IMG/VR virus record: IMGVR_UViG_3300030397_000865
Coordinates: 1 to 28,993 of that record
Length of the DNA stretch: 28,993 nt
Direction: 5' to 3' (one strand)
Origin: a virus
Taxonomy: Duplodnaviria; Caudoviricetes
Numbering within the stretch: position 1 is the first letter of the stretch; every line of letters starts with the position of its first letter. The position numbers were made by a program, and so were the translations under genes. Shown here in pieces: positions 1 through 7,851 of the stretch. Below the pieces are notes generated by a model. That model made no database searches, was not told the DNA's origin, and was given only the letters and a program-made list of their open reading frames with translations.

Positions 1-51
1 ATGATTCTTGCATCTTCTTTGTGTGGTGGTAGATCTAGTCTTTGTCTTATC

Positions 52-363
52 TCATCTTGGCTTAGATTTTGCAGGAGGGGCGAAGGAATGTATCACGACT
101 TCGATCCTCTTACGAGTGAGGTGAAATCGAGCTGTGCAGGTATAGGGTCGATAGTAGTTTAGAAATCCGACAGTCTTCTCAGGCTGTATAACTTCTGTTC
201 TAATTCGACTAAACCCTGTCTCCTTCTCTTCACAGACCACCACAGCTTCGTAGGCATGTTCTTGTGAGGAGTTGCGTATTAGCACCTGTACAGTCGTCTC
301 TTTGGGCAGAGTGAACGTACATGTAGCCGCATAGCATGCAAAGAGAACAGCCCCCACGATCAA
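52..363 (-). CDS. hypothetical protein, possible N-terminal signal/hydrophobic segment
   Basis: 103-aa ORF; ATGA overlap with upstream gene; GGAG SD upstream; hydrophobic N-terminus MIVGAVLFAC. Confidence 0.6.
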   Translation of the reverse strand: MIVGAVLFACYAATCTFTLPKETTVQVLIRNSSQEHAYEAVVVCEEKETGFSRIRTEVIQPEKTVGFLNYYRPYTCTARFHLTRKRIEVVIHSFAPPAKSKPR

Positions 364-623
364 TCGTCTCCATGTAGATAATTCATCAAATGAATGTGTT
401 GTCGCAACAGGACAGGAAGCTGATCAAATTCGATATTCTCGTGTCCGACAAACTTACATAGTTCTCTGATTTTATTTTGATCGTCAAACGTAACCGCACC
501 TTTCAGTACAAGGTAGTCATTGTGTCGCACATAGTACCGGTGTTTGATAAAGCCCGCACACACTTCCGTACCTACAACGGCGGTCATGTCATTCTCAAGT
601 GAGAGGTTGTGGGAGATTGTCAT
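360..623 (-). CDS. hypothetical protein
   Basis: 87-aa ORF; GAGGTG SD; start overlaps stop of the upstream small ORF. Confidence 0.6.
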   Translation of the reverse strand: MTISHNLSLENDMTAVVGTEVCAGFIKHRYYVRHNDYLVLKGAVTFDDQNKIRELCKFVGHENIEFDQLPVLLRQHIHLMNYLHGDD

Positions 624-751
624 TTGGCCACCTCACGCTGAACTTTCTCCATCCGAACTCGCACTGCATTCATCCGATCCTGAACTGATTGAGTCGTTTG
701 ACGGGCCAGTTGAAGTTTACGTCGGATCTGCTTGAGTTGTTCTTGAGTCAT
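620..751 (-). CDS. small coiled-coil hypothetical protein (43 aa; not in ORF track)
   Basis: Hand-translated MTQEQLKQIRRKLQLARQTTQSVQDRMNAVRVRMEKVQREVAK*; GGGGG upstream; ATGA coupling to 360..623; alternative in-frame ATG at 766. Confidence 0.55.
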   Translation of the reverse strand: MTQEQLKQIRRKLQLARQTTQSVQDRMNAVRVRMEKVQREVAK

Positions 752-822
752 TGTCGTGTCCCCCATCTATTTATAGATTAACTCAAATTTGATGTAGGTC
801 TCTAGAGTAAAGATGTAGGTAT

Positions 823-972
823 TTAAAGAAAAAACAAAAAAGCCACACTGTATGCAAAGGTAAGACCTACGATAAAGTACCGTGTGTTGCGTTCTTGTCT
901 TTGTAGCTCTCTCATCAGGTCTCGAAGGTCAAGACTGTCCTGTGTATGGCTGTTCCTATTCAAACGAGACAT
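823..972 (-). CDS. small membrane-anchored hypothetical protein
   Basis: MSRLNR... with hydrophobic C-terminus YFIVGLTFAYSVAFLFFL; AAGGGG SD before ATG 972 (track start 1008 is less likely). Confidence 0.5.
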   Translation of the reverse strand: MSRLNRNSHTQDSLDLRDLMRELQRQERNTRYFIVGLTFAYSVAFLFFL

Positions 973-1303
973 GAATTTTCCCCTTATGGATGTGGTCTTT
1001 AGTGACATATTCCTTACAATAACCGCACTTAAATCGAATTCTCATAATATCGTCTGTCACAGTCGACTCTGGATTCGTGGGTATACCACAGCATACAGGC
1101 CACTCTCGATAGTTCTTTTTGAAAGTCGATAGAATCTCACGTTCCCGCCGCTCCAGGTAGTCAACTGTGCCTTCACCTGAGTACTTTCGATACCTATCAA
1201 AGGACCCTTTCATCTCAAAGATCTGTCGTTCCTTACACAGGACTGCATAGGGATTCAGATCTACTGATAGGCTCAGCTCTCCTTCGTCGTCCAAATACCA
1301 CAT
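956..1303 (-). CDS. hypothetical protein with putative C-terminal Zn ribbon
   Basis: 115 aa; PVCCG ... FKCGYC cysteine pairs; AGGAG SD. Confidence 0.65.
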   Translation of the reverse strand: MWYLDDEGELSLSVDLNPYAVLCKERQIFEMKGSFDRYRKYSGEGTVDYLERREREILSTFKKNYREWPVCCGIPTNPESTVTDDIMRIRFKCGYCKEYVTKDHIHKGKIHVSFE

Positions 1304-1305
1304 GA

Positions 1306-1572
1306 TTAAACTCCTAATTTCGAAAGAAAGTACTTAAAGGGGCTTGCGATCAGCTTCTTGAACTGATTCCACAGCCATGTGAAGTTAACTTCGGTCGTGA
1401 CAGGGTACTCGTCTCTGGTGTAGTCCAGATCGTTCCCGTGAAGTTGTACAAATTGTACACGTTCCTCAAGAAGCCCTTCTTGCTCTCGTTTGATCCTGAG
1501 TATAGCACCGATATGGGCACATTCTCGCGCGAGTAATTCAGTTGCCTTCTTTTGGTACTCTTCTTGTGTCAT
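1306..1572 (-). CDS. hypothetical protein
   Basis: 88 aa; strong AAGGAGG SD upstream. Confidence 0.7.
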   Translation of the reverse strand: MTQEEYQKKATELLARECAHIGAILRIKREQEGLLEERVQFVQLHGNDLDYTRDEYPVTTEVNFTWLWNQFKKLIASPFKYFLSKLGV

Positions 1573-1592
1573 CTCCGCCCTCCTTCTTATAG

Positions 1593-1638
1593 AGTATAAA
1601 ATATTGAGTTGAATTCAAGTGAGGTGATGTAGGTATTT
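1593..1638 (-). promoter_or_regulatory. putative promoter/operator region
   Basis: On minus strand: AATACCTACATC motif, palindrome TTGAATTCAA, TCAATATTT and -10-like TATACT (1598-1593) upstream of the SD. Confidence 0.4.
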
Positions 1639-2090
1639 TATAGGCTAGCCGAAGAAGTTGGCCACACATATGCCCACTTTTCTTTTTTACCGGGCACTGG
1701 GGCAGGGGTTTCGGTCCACCCAAACTGGCTGTAGTGTTCATAGTTCTTGGCCAAAAGACAGGCACGGTGAGAGCTTAGGAAAGCGGCATCGGTTGACCAT
1801 TCGGGATTTGGTACCGGCTTACTCGAGATCCGTTTAAGGAAATATGGTCCAAGGTTGTCTTTGTAGCCTCGTTTGACCCACTCTTGACACATCGTCAGGC
1901 CATACCAAGCAAGCACTGATTCGTAACCGCGCCACATTTTGACAGCGGGATGGTTTGCCCAACGCTCACAGCCCTCGCCAAGAAGACACATAAGGATTTG
2001 CTTGGCTTCTACTCGTTGCTTGCCTAGGCGTCGATAGTCGAGTTCACGAGCGGTTTGTCTAAAGTCACTGGCAGTCATAAAAGTCTGCAT
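1638..2090 (-). CDS. pyrimidine-dimer DNA glycosylase / endonuclease V-like protein (MSMEG_6728 family)
   Basis: MQTF...LDYRRLGKQRVEAKQIL...WANHPAVKMWRGYE...SHRACLL.KNYEHY signature; AGGAG SD places start at 2090 (TGATG coupling). Confidence 0.85.
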   Translation of the reverse strand: MQTFMTASDFRQTARELDYRRLGKQRVEAKQILMCLLGEGCERWANHPAVKMWRGYESVLAWYGLTMCQEWVKRGYKDNLGPYFLKRISSKPVPNPEWSTDAAFLSSHRACLLAKNYEHYSQFGWTETPAPVPGKKEKWAYVWPTSSASL

Positions 2091-2500
2091 CATATCTCCT
2101 GTAAAAGAAAAGAGGTTAGTTCTTTTAGTTCTTTCCATACGTAATCAGGACCTTTATAGGTACTATAAGGTAGTAGCCCTGCGGTAATAGTAGTAGGATC
2201 CAGATCGCCGGCGTGGTTGGTGTCAAAACCAATAATCCAACAGTCTGGGGATATGGGTGATTGTTCTCCGTATGTTATGCCTCCGTGACAAGGTATGTTT
2301 AACGAGTATTTATTGTCTTCAAAATCTGTTGGATTTCCTACAGCTGGATGATTTTTAGATACTTCTACATACCCATTAACACACCCGTGTTGTCTTGTTA
2401 CCGCTGCACACCTAAAACCATTAATGATGCGCTCTTCATACATATCTGTCCAATAACAAGATCCTTTTTCATCCATTGACGGGAGTAGTCTTTTTTGCAT
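2090..2500 (-). CDS. conserved phage hypothetical protein
   Basis: Motifs GCVNGYV..HP, HGGITY, WIIGFDTNHAGD resemble a widespread uncharacterised phage family; true start may be downstream of 2500. Confidence 0.7.
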   Translation of the reverse strand: MQKRLLPSMDEKGSCYWTDMYEERIINGFRCAAVTRQHGCVNGYVEVSKNHPAVGNPTDFEDNKYSLNIPCHGGITYGEQSPISPDCWIIGFDTNHAGDLDPTTITAGLLPYSTYKGPDYVWKELKELTSFLLQEI

Positions 2501-2919
2501 TACAAAGTCACTTTCTCGAGAATAATGGCCCCGGCTTTTAGAACTTCTTCTTGTTCGCGTCCATGATATTCGTCAGTGTAATAAATTCGTTGAATTCCTG
2601 CAGTGACAACATTGTTATAACAAGTTAAGCACGGCATCGTTGTTACGTACAGGTGCGCATTTTCAAGACTTACACCGTGTTTGGCTGCTTGAATAATACC
2701 GTTTGTTTCGGCATGAATCGTTCGTTTACAGTGGTCGTGGATCATTAAACAGCCTACTTCAGTGCAGTGCTGAGCGCCTGGTCTTGATCCGTTGTATCCT
2801 GTTACAAGTACTCTACCTTGTCTTACAAAAACAGCTCCAACCTGACGACGAGGACAAGTGGCACGCTTTTTGACGTGATGGGCCATTTCCATGAAGTAGA
2901 TTTCTTTTGTAGGTCTCAT
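2500..2919 (-). CDS. dCMP deaminase (ComEB-like)
   Basis: RATCPRRQVGAV, TGYNG, HAE and PCxxC Zn-deaminase motifs. Confidence 0.92.
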   Translation of the reverse strand: MRPTKEIYFMEMAHHVKKRATCPRRQVGAVFVRQGRVLVTGYNGSRPGAQHCTEVGCLMIHDHCKRTIHAETNGIIQAAKHGVSLENAHLYVTTMPCLTCYNNVVTAGIQRIYYTDEYHGREQEEVLKAGAIILEKVTL

Positions 2920-2947
2920 GGGTAGTCACACACCTGTAGATGAAAGT

Positions 2948-3208
2948 TTACTTCAGGGTACGCATACGCGCGACAAGTTGCTCCTGGGATAGAGGTCCTT
3001 GTCCCTGCAATTTCTGATGGGCGTAATCTGGAGACCCATCCGGTCGCTTCTTTTGATTGGTCTTCTCCGGGGTATTGGCAGTCGATTCTGATCGTGACGA
3101 TTTGATCCCCATCATGCGCGCCATAGTAGATAAACGGGATACCCTCAGTAGGTACCACGAAGCGCATAAGACTGCCAAACAAAACAATAGTAGGACTGTA
3201 ACAAACAT
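2948..3208 (-). CDS. hypothetical membrane-anchored protein (alternative frame 2916..3212 also open)
   Basis: GGAGAGGT SD 6 nt before ATG 3208; N-terminal TM segment MFVTVLLLFCLAVLCASWYLL. Confidence 0.45.
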   Translation of the reverse strand: MFVTVLLLFCLAVLCASWYLLRVSRLSTMARMMGIKSSRSESTANTPEKTNQKKRPDGSPDYAHQKLQGQGPLSQEQLVARMRTLK

Positions 3209-3239
3209 CCATTCACCTCTCCAATGACTCAGTACGTGT

Positions 3240-3317
3240 AAGTTATCTAAATATTGACCCCAAAGCAAGCCTAAAAATATTGATCGCAGATTTTATTTTC
3301 GCTGATATACTTCGGAT
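3240..3317. promoter_or_regulatory. divergent promoter region
   Basis: Leftward TTGCTT-17-TAACTT (3268-3240); rightward extended -10 TGnTATACT (3303-3311); two AAATATTGA copies (3249-3257, 3275-3283). Confidence 0.55.
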
Positions 3318-3611
3318 ATGAAGAAATTTCGGTTCCCAGACACCACTTTTGATGAATTGTTTGAAGTCGTTGAAAAAGCTGCTCAAGGGGATCCCTGGCG
3401 TAAGGCTCTTTTCATCCAGGATATTTTTCGGGAGGTTAAGACGAGCCTCTTGAAGAGACTTGAAAAGGAAGACTTGGCATGTGCCGAGTACTTTTCAAAT
3501 TTGGAAGTGCAGGAAGCTAACAACTTAGTGACGACTTACCTGACTCTCGTAGTCCAACAGCAGATCGAAAAGATCGAAACTCCCCCGCCAGACACCAGCA
3601 CACTTAACTAG
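3318..3611 (+). CDS. hypothetical protein; only credible plus-strand gene, probably leaderless
   Basis: 97-aa helical-looking ORF filling a gap in the minus-strand gene array; ATG 6 nt after TATACT; no SD. Confidence 0.7.
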   Translation: MKKFRFPDTTFDELFEVVEKAAQGDPWRKALFIQDIFREVKTSLLKRLEKEDLACAEYFSNLEVQEANNLVTTYLTLVVQQQIEKIETPPPDTSTLN

Positions 3612-4417
3612 TCAAGAACATCTCCGAACAGCTTAGCGACTGGACCGCGTTCAACTTTAGTAAGTTCAATGTGGGTAGACAAGGACGACTGTCGGGTCTT
3701 GGGATTCTGCATAAACTTATGTAGACCTGTCTCTTCAATATCAATCTCTTCGTCTCTTTGCCGCATATCGCCCATCAGTACAAGTTTGGAATTGTCCCCT
3801 ACTCGAGTGCCGAGTGTAAGCAACTCATGACGATTGAGTGTTTGAATCTCGTCTGCCAGAATGATTTTATTTGCCCAAGAAGCCCCTCGAATGAATTGCA
3901 GAGGCATTGGAGTGATGTTGTATACTCTCATGACGTCTTCGATATTGTCTCGGCTCGTCAAAGCTTCAAGGCTTGCAAGGAATCCACCCAGGTAGGACAA
4001 ATACTTTTCTTCAATGTTCCCTGGTAAGATTCCAAATTCGTGATTTCCAACTTGGGTCATAGGGCGAATGAGTAGTATTCCATCATATGTTTGATCGTCT
4101 ACCCCCTGAAGAGCCGCTGCAAGAGCTAGAAGAGTTTTGCCAGTACCAGCTCGACCTGTAAGCATCGCAATTTTGATGTTGTCGTCAAGAAGAGCGTCCA
4201 TAGCCCATTGTTGTTCAATGTTTCGTGGTGTAATCCCGTGTATGGTTTTAGGTTTTTCGACTAAAAAAGCTCGGCCTTCCGCAAGTAATACAGGAGCAGA
4301 CTGACTTCCACATTTAAAGATGCAGTAGTGATTTTCGATGTCTGATTGGAAGGGGATAGATTTTTTAGCGTAGAGGGTGTCGATGGTCTCAGATCTCTGA
4401 GGGATGATCAGTTCCAT
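3608..4417 (-). CDS. phoH: PhoH-family ATPase
   Basis: PRNIEQ, Walker A GRAGTGKT, GILPGNIEEK, IRGAS, DEIQ, MGD..Q.D motifs. Confidence 0.93.
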   Translation of the reverse strand: MELIIPQRSETIDTLYAKKSIPFQSDIENHYCIFKCGSQSAPVLLAEGRAFLVEKPKTIHGITPRNIEQQWAMDALLDDNIKIAMLTGRAGTGKTLLALAAALQGVDDQTYDGILLIRPMTQVGNHEFGILPGNIEEKYLSYLGGFLASLEALTSRDNIEDVMRVYNITPMPLQFIRGASWANKIILADEIQTLNRHELLTLGTRVGDNSKLVLMGDMRQRDEEIDIEETGLHKFMQNPKTRQSSLSTHIELTKVERGPVAKLFGDVLD

Positions 4418-4423
4418 GCATAT

Positions 4424-4452
4424 AGTATGCCACGTGACCTAATGTAGGTCTA
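4424..4452 (-). promoter_or_regulatory. putative sigma70-type promoter for leaderless phoH with embedded palindrome
   Basis: TAGACC-17-CATACT (TGn extension), then 6 nt to ATG; palindrome GACCTA-CAT-TAGGTC overlapping -35/spacer. Confidence 0.45.
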
Positions 4453-6294
4453 TACCTCACAGGCACCACCGCCACACGCGATTTCACCCGTAAGGTTCGT
4501 ATCGTCGTGTTCTTCCACCACATTGTCCAGATTGATAGGGGGCAAATTATTTGCAAGTTTTTTGTATTCCTGCTCAGAAATCTCTTCAAATGGAGCCTGA
4601 ACATAGGATCCGCCATCGTGAGGTAGGAAACTCATGCCATTGTAGACCTCTCGGTTCTTCCAAGACCAGTCCCGAACAGCGTCCCATTCCCCACCTTTGA
4701 CATTGACCGTACATGACACGTTGTGGGTGTTGTCACCAGAGATATGTCCCGGCCTAATCCACTTCTCTGAAAGCGTTTGTACCCGTCCTAGGAGTTCAAG
4801 AGGGGTTTCTGTATCCCGAGTAATGGCGTCTTTCGGTAATGCCACAGGAATCGACACAACGCCTTGTGAGGGGTTCGTTTTATCTGTCTCAACACAGGAA
4901 GGTGCATGCTCTTCCAAATACTTGTAGACTGCCTCGTTTTTGCCAAAACGCATACGTCGAATGTAGTGAGAGCTATGACCTGCGTGCACACCCGAGCTTG
5001 TACCAAGTACCAAAGAGCCAGATCCCTCAGGTTTAATACATGTTGTGCGTGCTGCTGGATTGATACCAATTTTTGGAGCTAGGAATTGATTGGTTTTTGT
5101 GACCATATCGGCAGCTTCAGTCAAATTCCAGTTTGAAAATTCGTCTCGGGCAATGCCAGTCATTGACACACCAAGCAGTGCGTCTTTCTCAGTTTGATAT
5201 TTCCACTGTTCTCTCAAATAATGAAAATTCGTATACGAGGCCTGCAGAGTCGCGATAAAACTGGCCGCTTGTGCTCGATCATTCAGATCCGCTTGGTCAG
5301 AAACCGTTGCTGCATTGATAGAAGTTAAATTGCAGAACTGATATGGGCGAAGAGCTATTTCACAACAAGGATTGGTGCCCCACTCCGTATTGTTAGTCCA
5401 GTAAAATCCAGGCTCACCTGCATAGGACCCAACCATGGCGTCCCACACTCGTCGGAAATTTTCTTGGGTAGCTCGGGGGCGATACATGACTACAGAGTTG
5501 TTTGCTCGGCCACGTTGTCCGTTCTTCTCCCACCAATTGCCCGCTTTGCAGTTTGCCATCTCGAAATCGTCATAACTGAACAGACTTATGAGAGCAGCAC
5601 GTCGAATTCCACCCGCCAAAACAGCATCCGCAATGTAACACATCATGTCGTGGGCTTCTATTGGTTTTAAACGTCTTCCTACAGCCTCGTCAAGCACGCG
5701 TGTGAGGTTTTCAAGGCAGTCCTTAAGGGGGGCAGGCCCAGGAGCTTTACCACCCGCAGTGATCAATCTCGCGCCTTTGGGACGAATATCTGAGAAATCA
5801 AAGACGGGCATCGCAGACCCATAGAAATATGCCTTACACAGAACCCGTACGGAATCTGCCCACCCTTCGATCGAATCACCAATCAAATACCGCTTTTTGT
5901 CAGCTGTGGGCTTACGAACAGGAGGCAATTCCCGAACGTGGTGATATTGAACTGAATATCCGACACCAGTACCACCCAACAACAAAAACAGAGACTCTGA
6001 AAATGAGTGAATGCTATTCACAGGTAAATACGCGCAGTTAAAGATCCGATTTGGACTTTTGAAGATTGGAGGTCCTGCAAATTGCATCGATCTCATCGAA
6101 GGGATGACCTTCTTGTCGTACACAAATTGGTAAGCATTCGAGATTTCGGCAGTAAGTTCCGGAAATTTCTCGATATGCATCATCATATTCCGACCAACCA
6201 ACTCGTCCCAATTTTCCCGTCGTTGTTGAGATGGCAAGTACCGAGCATATTTTGAAAAGACGGTCAGGTCAGATAGTATTTCACGGCCATTCAT
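4450..6294 (-). CDS. nrdJ: class II (adenosylcobalamin-dependent) ribonucleotide reductase
   Basis: KYAR..RRENW, FNCAY, GGTGVG, AGGIRRAA, GEPG, TNPCCEI, CIKPEGS, C-terminal ACGGGAC; no beta-subunit gene nearby. Confidence 0.92.
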   Translation of the reverse strand: MNGREILSDLTVFSKYARYLPSQQRRENWDELVGRNMMMHIEKFPELTAEISNAYQFVYDKKVIPSMRSMQFAGPPIFKSPNRIFNCAYLPVNSIHSFSESLFLLLGGTGVGYSVQYHHVRELPPVRKPTADKKRYLIGDSIEGWADSVRVLCKAYFYGSAMPVFDFSDIRPKGARLITAGGKAPGPAPLKDCLENLTRVLDEAVGRRLKPIEAHDMMCYIADAVLAGGIRRAALISLFSYDDFEMANCKAGNWWEKNGQRGRANNSVVMYRPRATQENFRRVWDAMVGSYAGEPGFYWTNNTEWGTNPCCEIALRPYQFCNLTSINAATVSDQADLNDRAQAASFIATLQASYTNFHYLREQWKYQTEKDALLGVSMTGIARDEFSNWNLTEAADMVTKTNQFLAPKIGINPAARTTCIKPEGSGSLVLGTSSGVHAGHSSHYIRRMRFGKNEAVYKYLEEHAPSCVETDKTNPSQGVVSIPVALPKDAITRDTETPLELLGRVQTLSEKWIRPGHISGDNTHNVSCTVNVKGGEWDAVRDWSWKNREVYNGMSFLPHDGGSYVQAPFEEISEQEYKKLANNLPPINLDNVVEEHDDTNLTGEIACGGGACEV

Positions 6295-6327
6295 AAGGCG
6301 ATCCTCATTTCGAAGTATGAACCTACA

Positions 6328-6357
6328 AATGTATCAAAGTAGGCCGAGAACTGTCAA
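6328..6357 (-). promoter_or_regulatory. putative nrdJ promoter
   Basis: TTGACA-18-TACATT with TGn; CCTAC...GTAGG inverted repeat spanning the -10. Confidence 0.4.
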
Positions 6358-6689
6358 GGAATAAAAACGTAAAACGGGTTCTGTTGTTTATTGGTGAGTT
6401 TCTCAATAATTTCATTGAGGCAATCAATAGTGCTTTGGTCTTGAGGACACTCGTACATACACAGCTCACGAGATGCAAGAAATATTAACAAAGCCTCGCT
6501 GTACTTCATTTGTTCCAAAAGCAAGTGTCCGGAATTGTATAACGTCATATAGAAGTGTGTGTCTTCTCGGAAGGCCAGAGAATAGTATTTGAGGGCCTTA
6601 TTACGGTCTTTTTCGGCAAGTGCCTTTTCATGGAAGTCAATGTCCACAAAATCAACATGGATCACATTGTCTGGTATTTTTCTAGCCAT
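6354..6689 (-). CDS. TPR-like helical repeat protein
   Basis: KALKYYSLA...TLYNSGHLLLEQMKYSEALLIF pattern fits about two TPR motifs. Confidence 0.65.
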   Translation of the reverse strand: MARKIPDNVIHVDFVDIDFHEKALAEKDRNKALKYYSLAFREDTHFYMTLYNSGHLLLEQMKYSEALLIFLASRELCMYECPQDQSTIDCLNEIIEKLTNKQQNPFYVFIP

Positions 6690-7227
6690 GGAGAGACCTG
6701 CACAAGCAGCCTAGGGTTGCCTTAGCCACTTCTTTCTTGAATTTCAAAAGATCACCATCGTTATCGATTATCCAATCAAATTCTTCATAGTTGTCAAGGG
6801 CTACCTCAGACTCGTGTAGATCGGCAGTCAGAGCTCCAGGTCGATTGATCCGAATAACAAAACCGCCAAGGTCTTTGATTAATTGAGCTTCGTTCTCAAA
6901 TCGAACATCTGAAATACAGACCATCTCGTGCTTCAGCAGTTCTTGCTTAGCCAATAGCAGCCACACGTCTTGATGAAAGTTGTTGCGCATGACATCAGTA
7001 CCAAGAACCTGCAACATCTCTCTGCCGGTCATGCCCCAGTCGTCAAAATAAGTTTTCTTAAACTCCTCATACGGGATGTCCTCTTGCCACAATCCAAGGG
7101 CTTTTATCATGCGACGAAGAGGTTCGGCAAAGCTTACTTCAACGAGCCCATTTTCTTGCATGAGACGCGCACAAGTTGATTTGCCAGACTGTTTACGCCC
7201 TGACAAGCCAATGATCAAACGGGCCAT
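6682..7227 (-). CDS. deoxynucleoside monophosphate kinase (T4 gp1/T5 Dnk-like)
   Basis: IIGLSGRKQSGKST, SFAEPLR, REMLQVLGTD..R, ISDVRFENE, HESE, IDNDG; start at MARLII (7227). Confidence 0.9.
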   Translation of the reverse strand: MARLIIGLSGRKQSGKSTCARLMQENGLVEVSFAEPLRRMIKALGLWQEDIPYEEFKKTYFDDWGMTGREMLQVLGTDVMRNNFHQDVWLLLAKQELLKHEMVCISDVRFENEAQLIKDLGGFVIRINRPGALTADLHESEVALDNYEEFDWIIDNDGDLLKFKKEVAKATLGCLCRSLHG

Positions 7228-7583
7228 ACGATCAACCCCATCACGATACCTCCTAGAAAGAATCCAAACACAAGTTTGTTTCTCAGTGAAGGCTTTCTTG
7301 ATGCAAGGAACGAGACGAGCAAAGAGATAGCTGTTCCAACTCCGAGTCCGACAACGGTCGAAATCCAGGAGAGGCTGTTGACGTACGCGTCCGAGAACGG
7401 GTGAAAAAAGTGTCCTCCAAGCACGCCAAAGTAAAAAGGAATAAGTAGGGTACGTTTGCCATTTTTTCGTGTCCTCCAAGATATAGTATTGCTCTTCACT
7501 TTGTCGGTGACAAGGAAAATGTCCCAAATTCCCAACAAAATCATGATCCCAAGTAGGATATAGTCCACCAATACCGCACTCAT
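7215..7583 (-). CDS. integral membrane hypothetical protein (3-4 TM)
   Basis: Multiple hydrophobic segments; GAGGTG SD before ATG 7583. Confidence 0.7.
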   Translation of the reverse strand: MSAVLVDYILLGIMILLGIWDIFLVTDKVKSNTISWRTRKNGKRTLLIPFYFGVLGGHFFHPFSDAYVNSLSWISTVVGLGVGTAISLLVSFLASRKPSLRNKLVFGFFLGGIVMGLIVWPV

Positions 7584-7584
7584 C

Positions 7585-7851
7585 TTACACCTCAGTAGCA
7601 ATCGCTATTTTGACTGACGCAATTCCGCGTTTCACTTTCAGCACTCTTATCACACATTCGAATTGCGCTTCACAATAATCGATTGTATCGTCCAGGATCT
7701 CTTCAGGAATGTAGTATTTGAACACTGGGTTTTCCTGACCAGACCTGGCTTCCTCAAGGCGCTCTTCTATTTGTTCTATCACGATCTCGAATTTCTCAAG
7801 ACGCTCAAAATCGTATTCACCCACCACTGCTTCCAAATCCAGAGTTTCCAC
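7585..7851 (-). CDS. acidic hypothetical protein
   Basis: GAGGAG SD before GTG 7851; 5' end overlaps the dUTPase 3' end. Confidence 0.65.
   Translation of the reverse strand: METLDLEAVVGEYDFERLEKFEIVIEQIEERLEEARSGQENPVFKYYIPEEILDDTIDYCEAQFECVIRVLKVKRGIASVKIAIATEV

Noticed and set aside
6295-6353. NrdR box or cobalamin riboswitch upstream of nrdJ
   Set aside because: Gap is only ~59 nt, too short for the riboswitch, and shows no convincing NrdR-box match
7228-7527. 100-aa N-terminal extension on the dNMP kinase in the ORF track
   Set aside because: Overlaps the membrane protein gene in another frame; kinase P-loop starts right after Met at 7227
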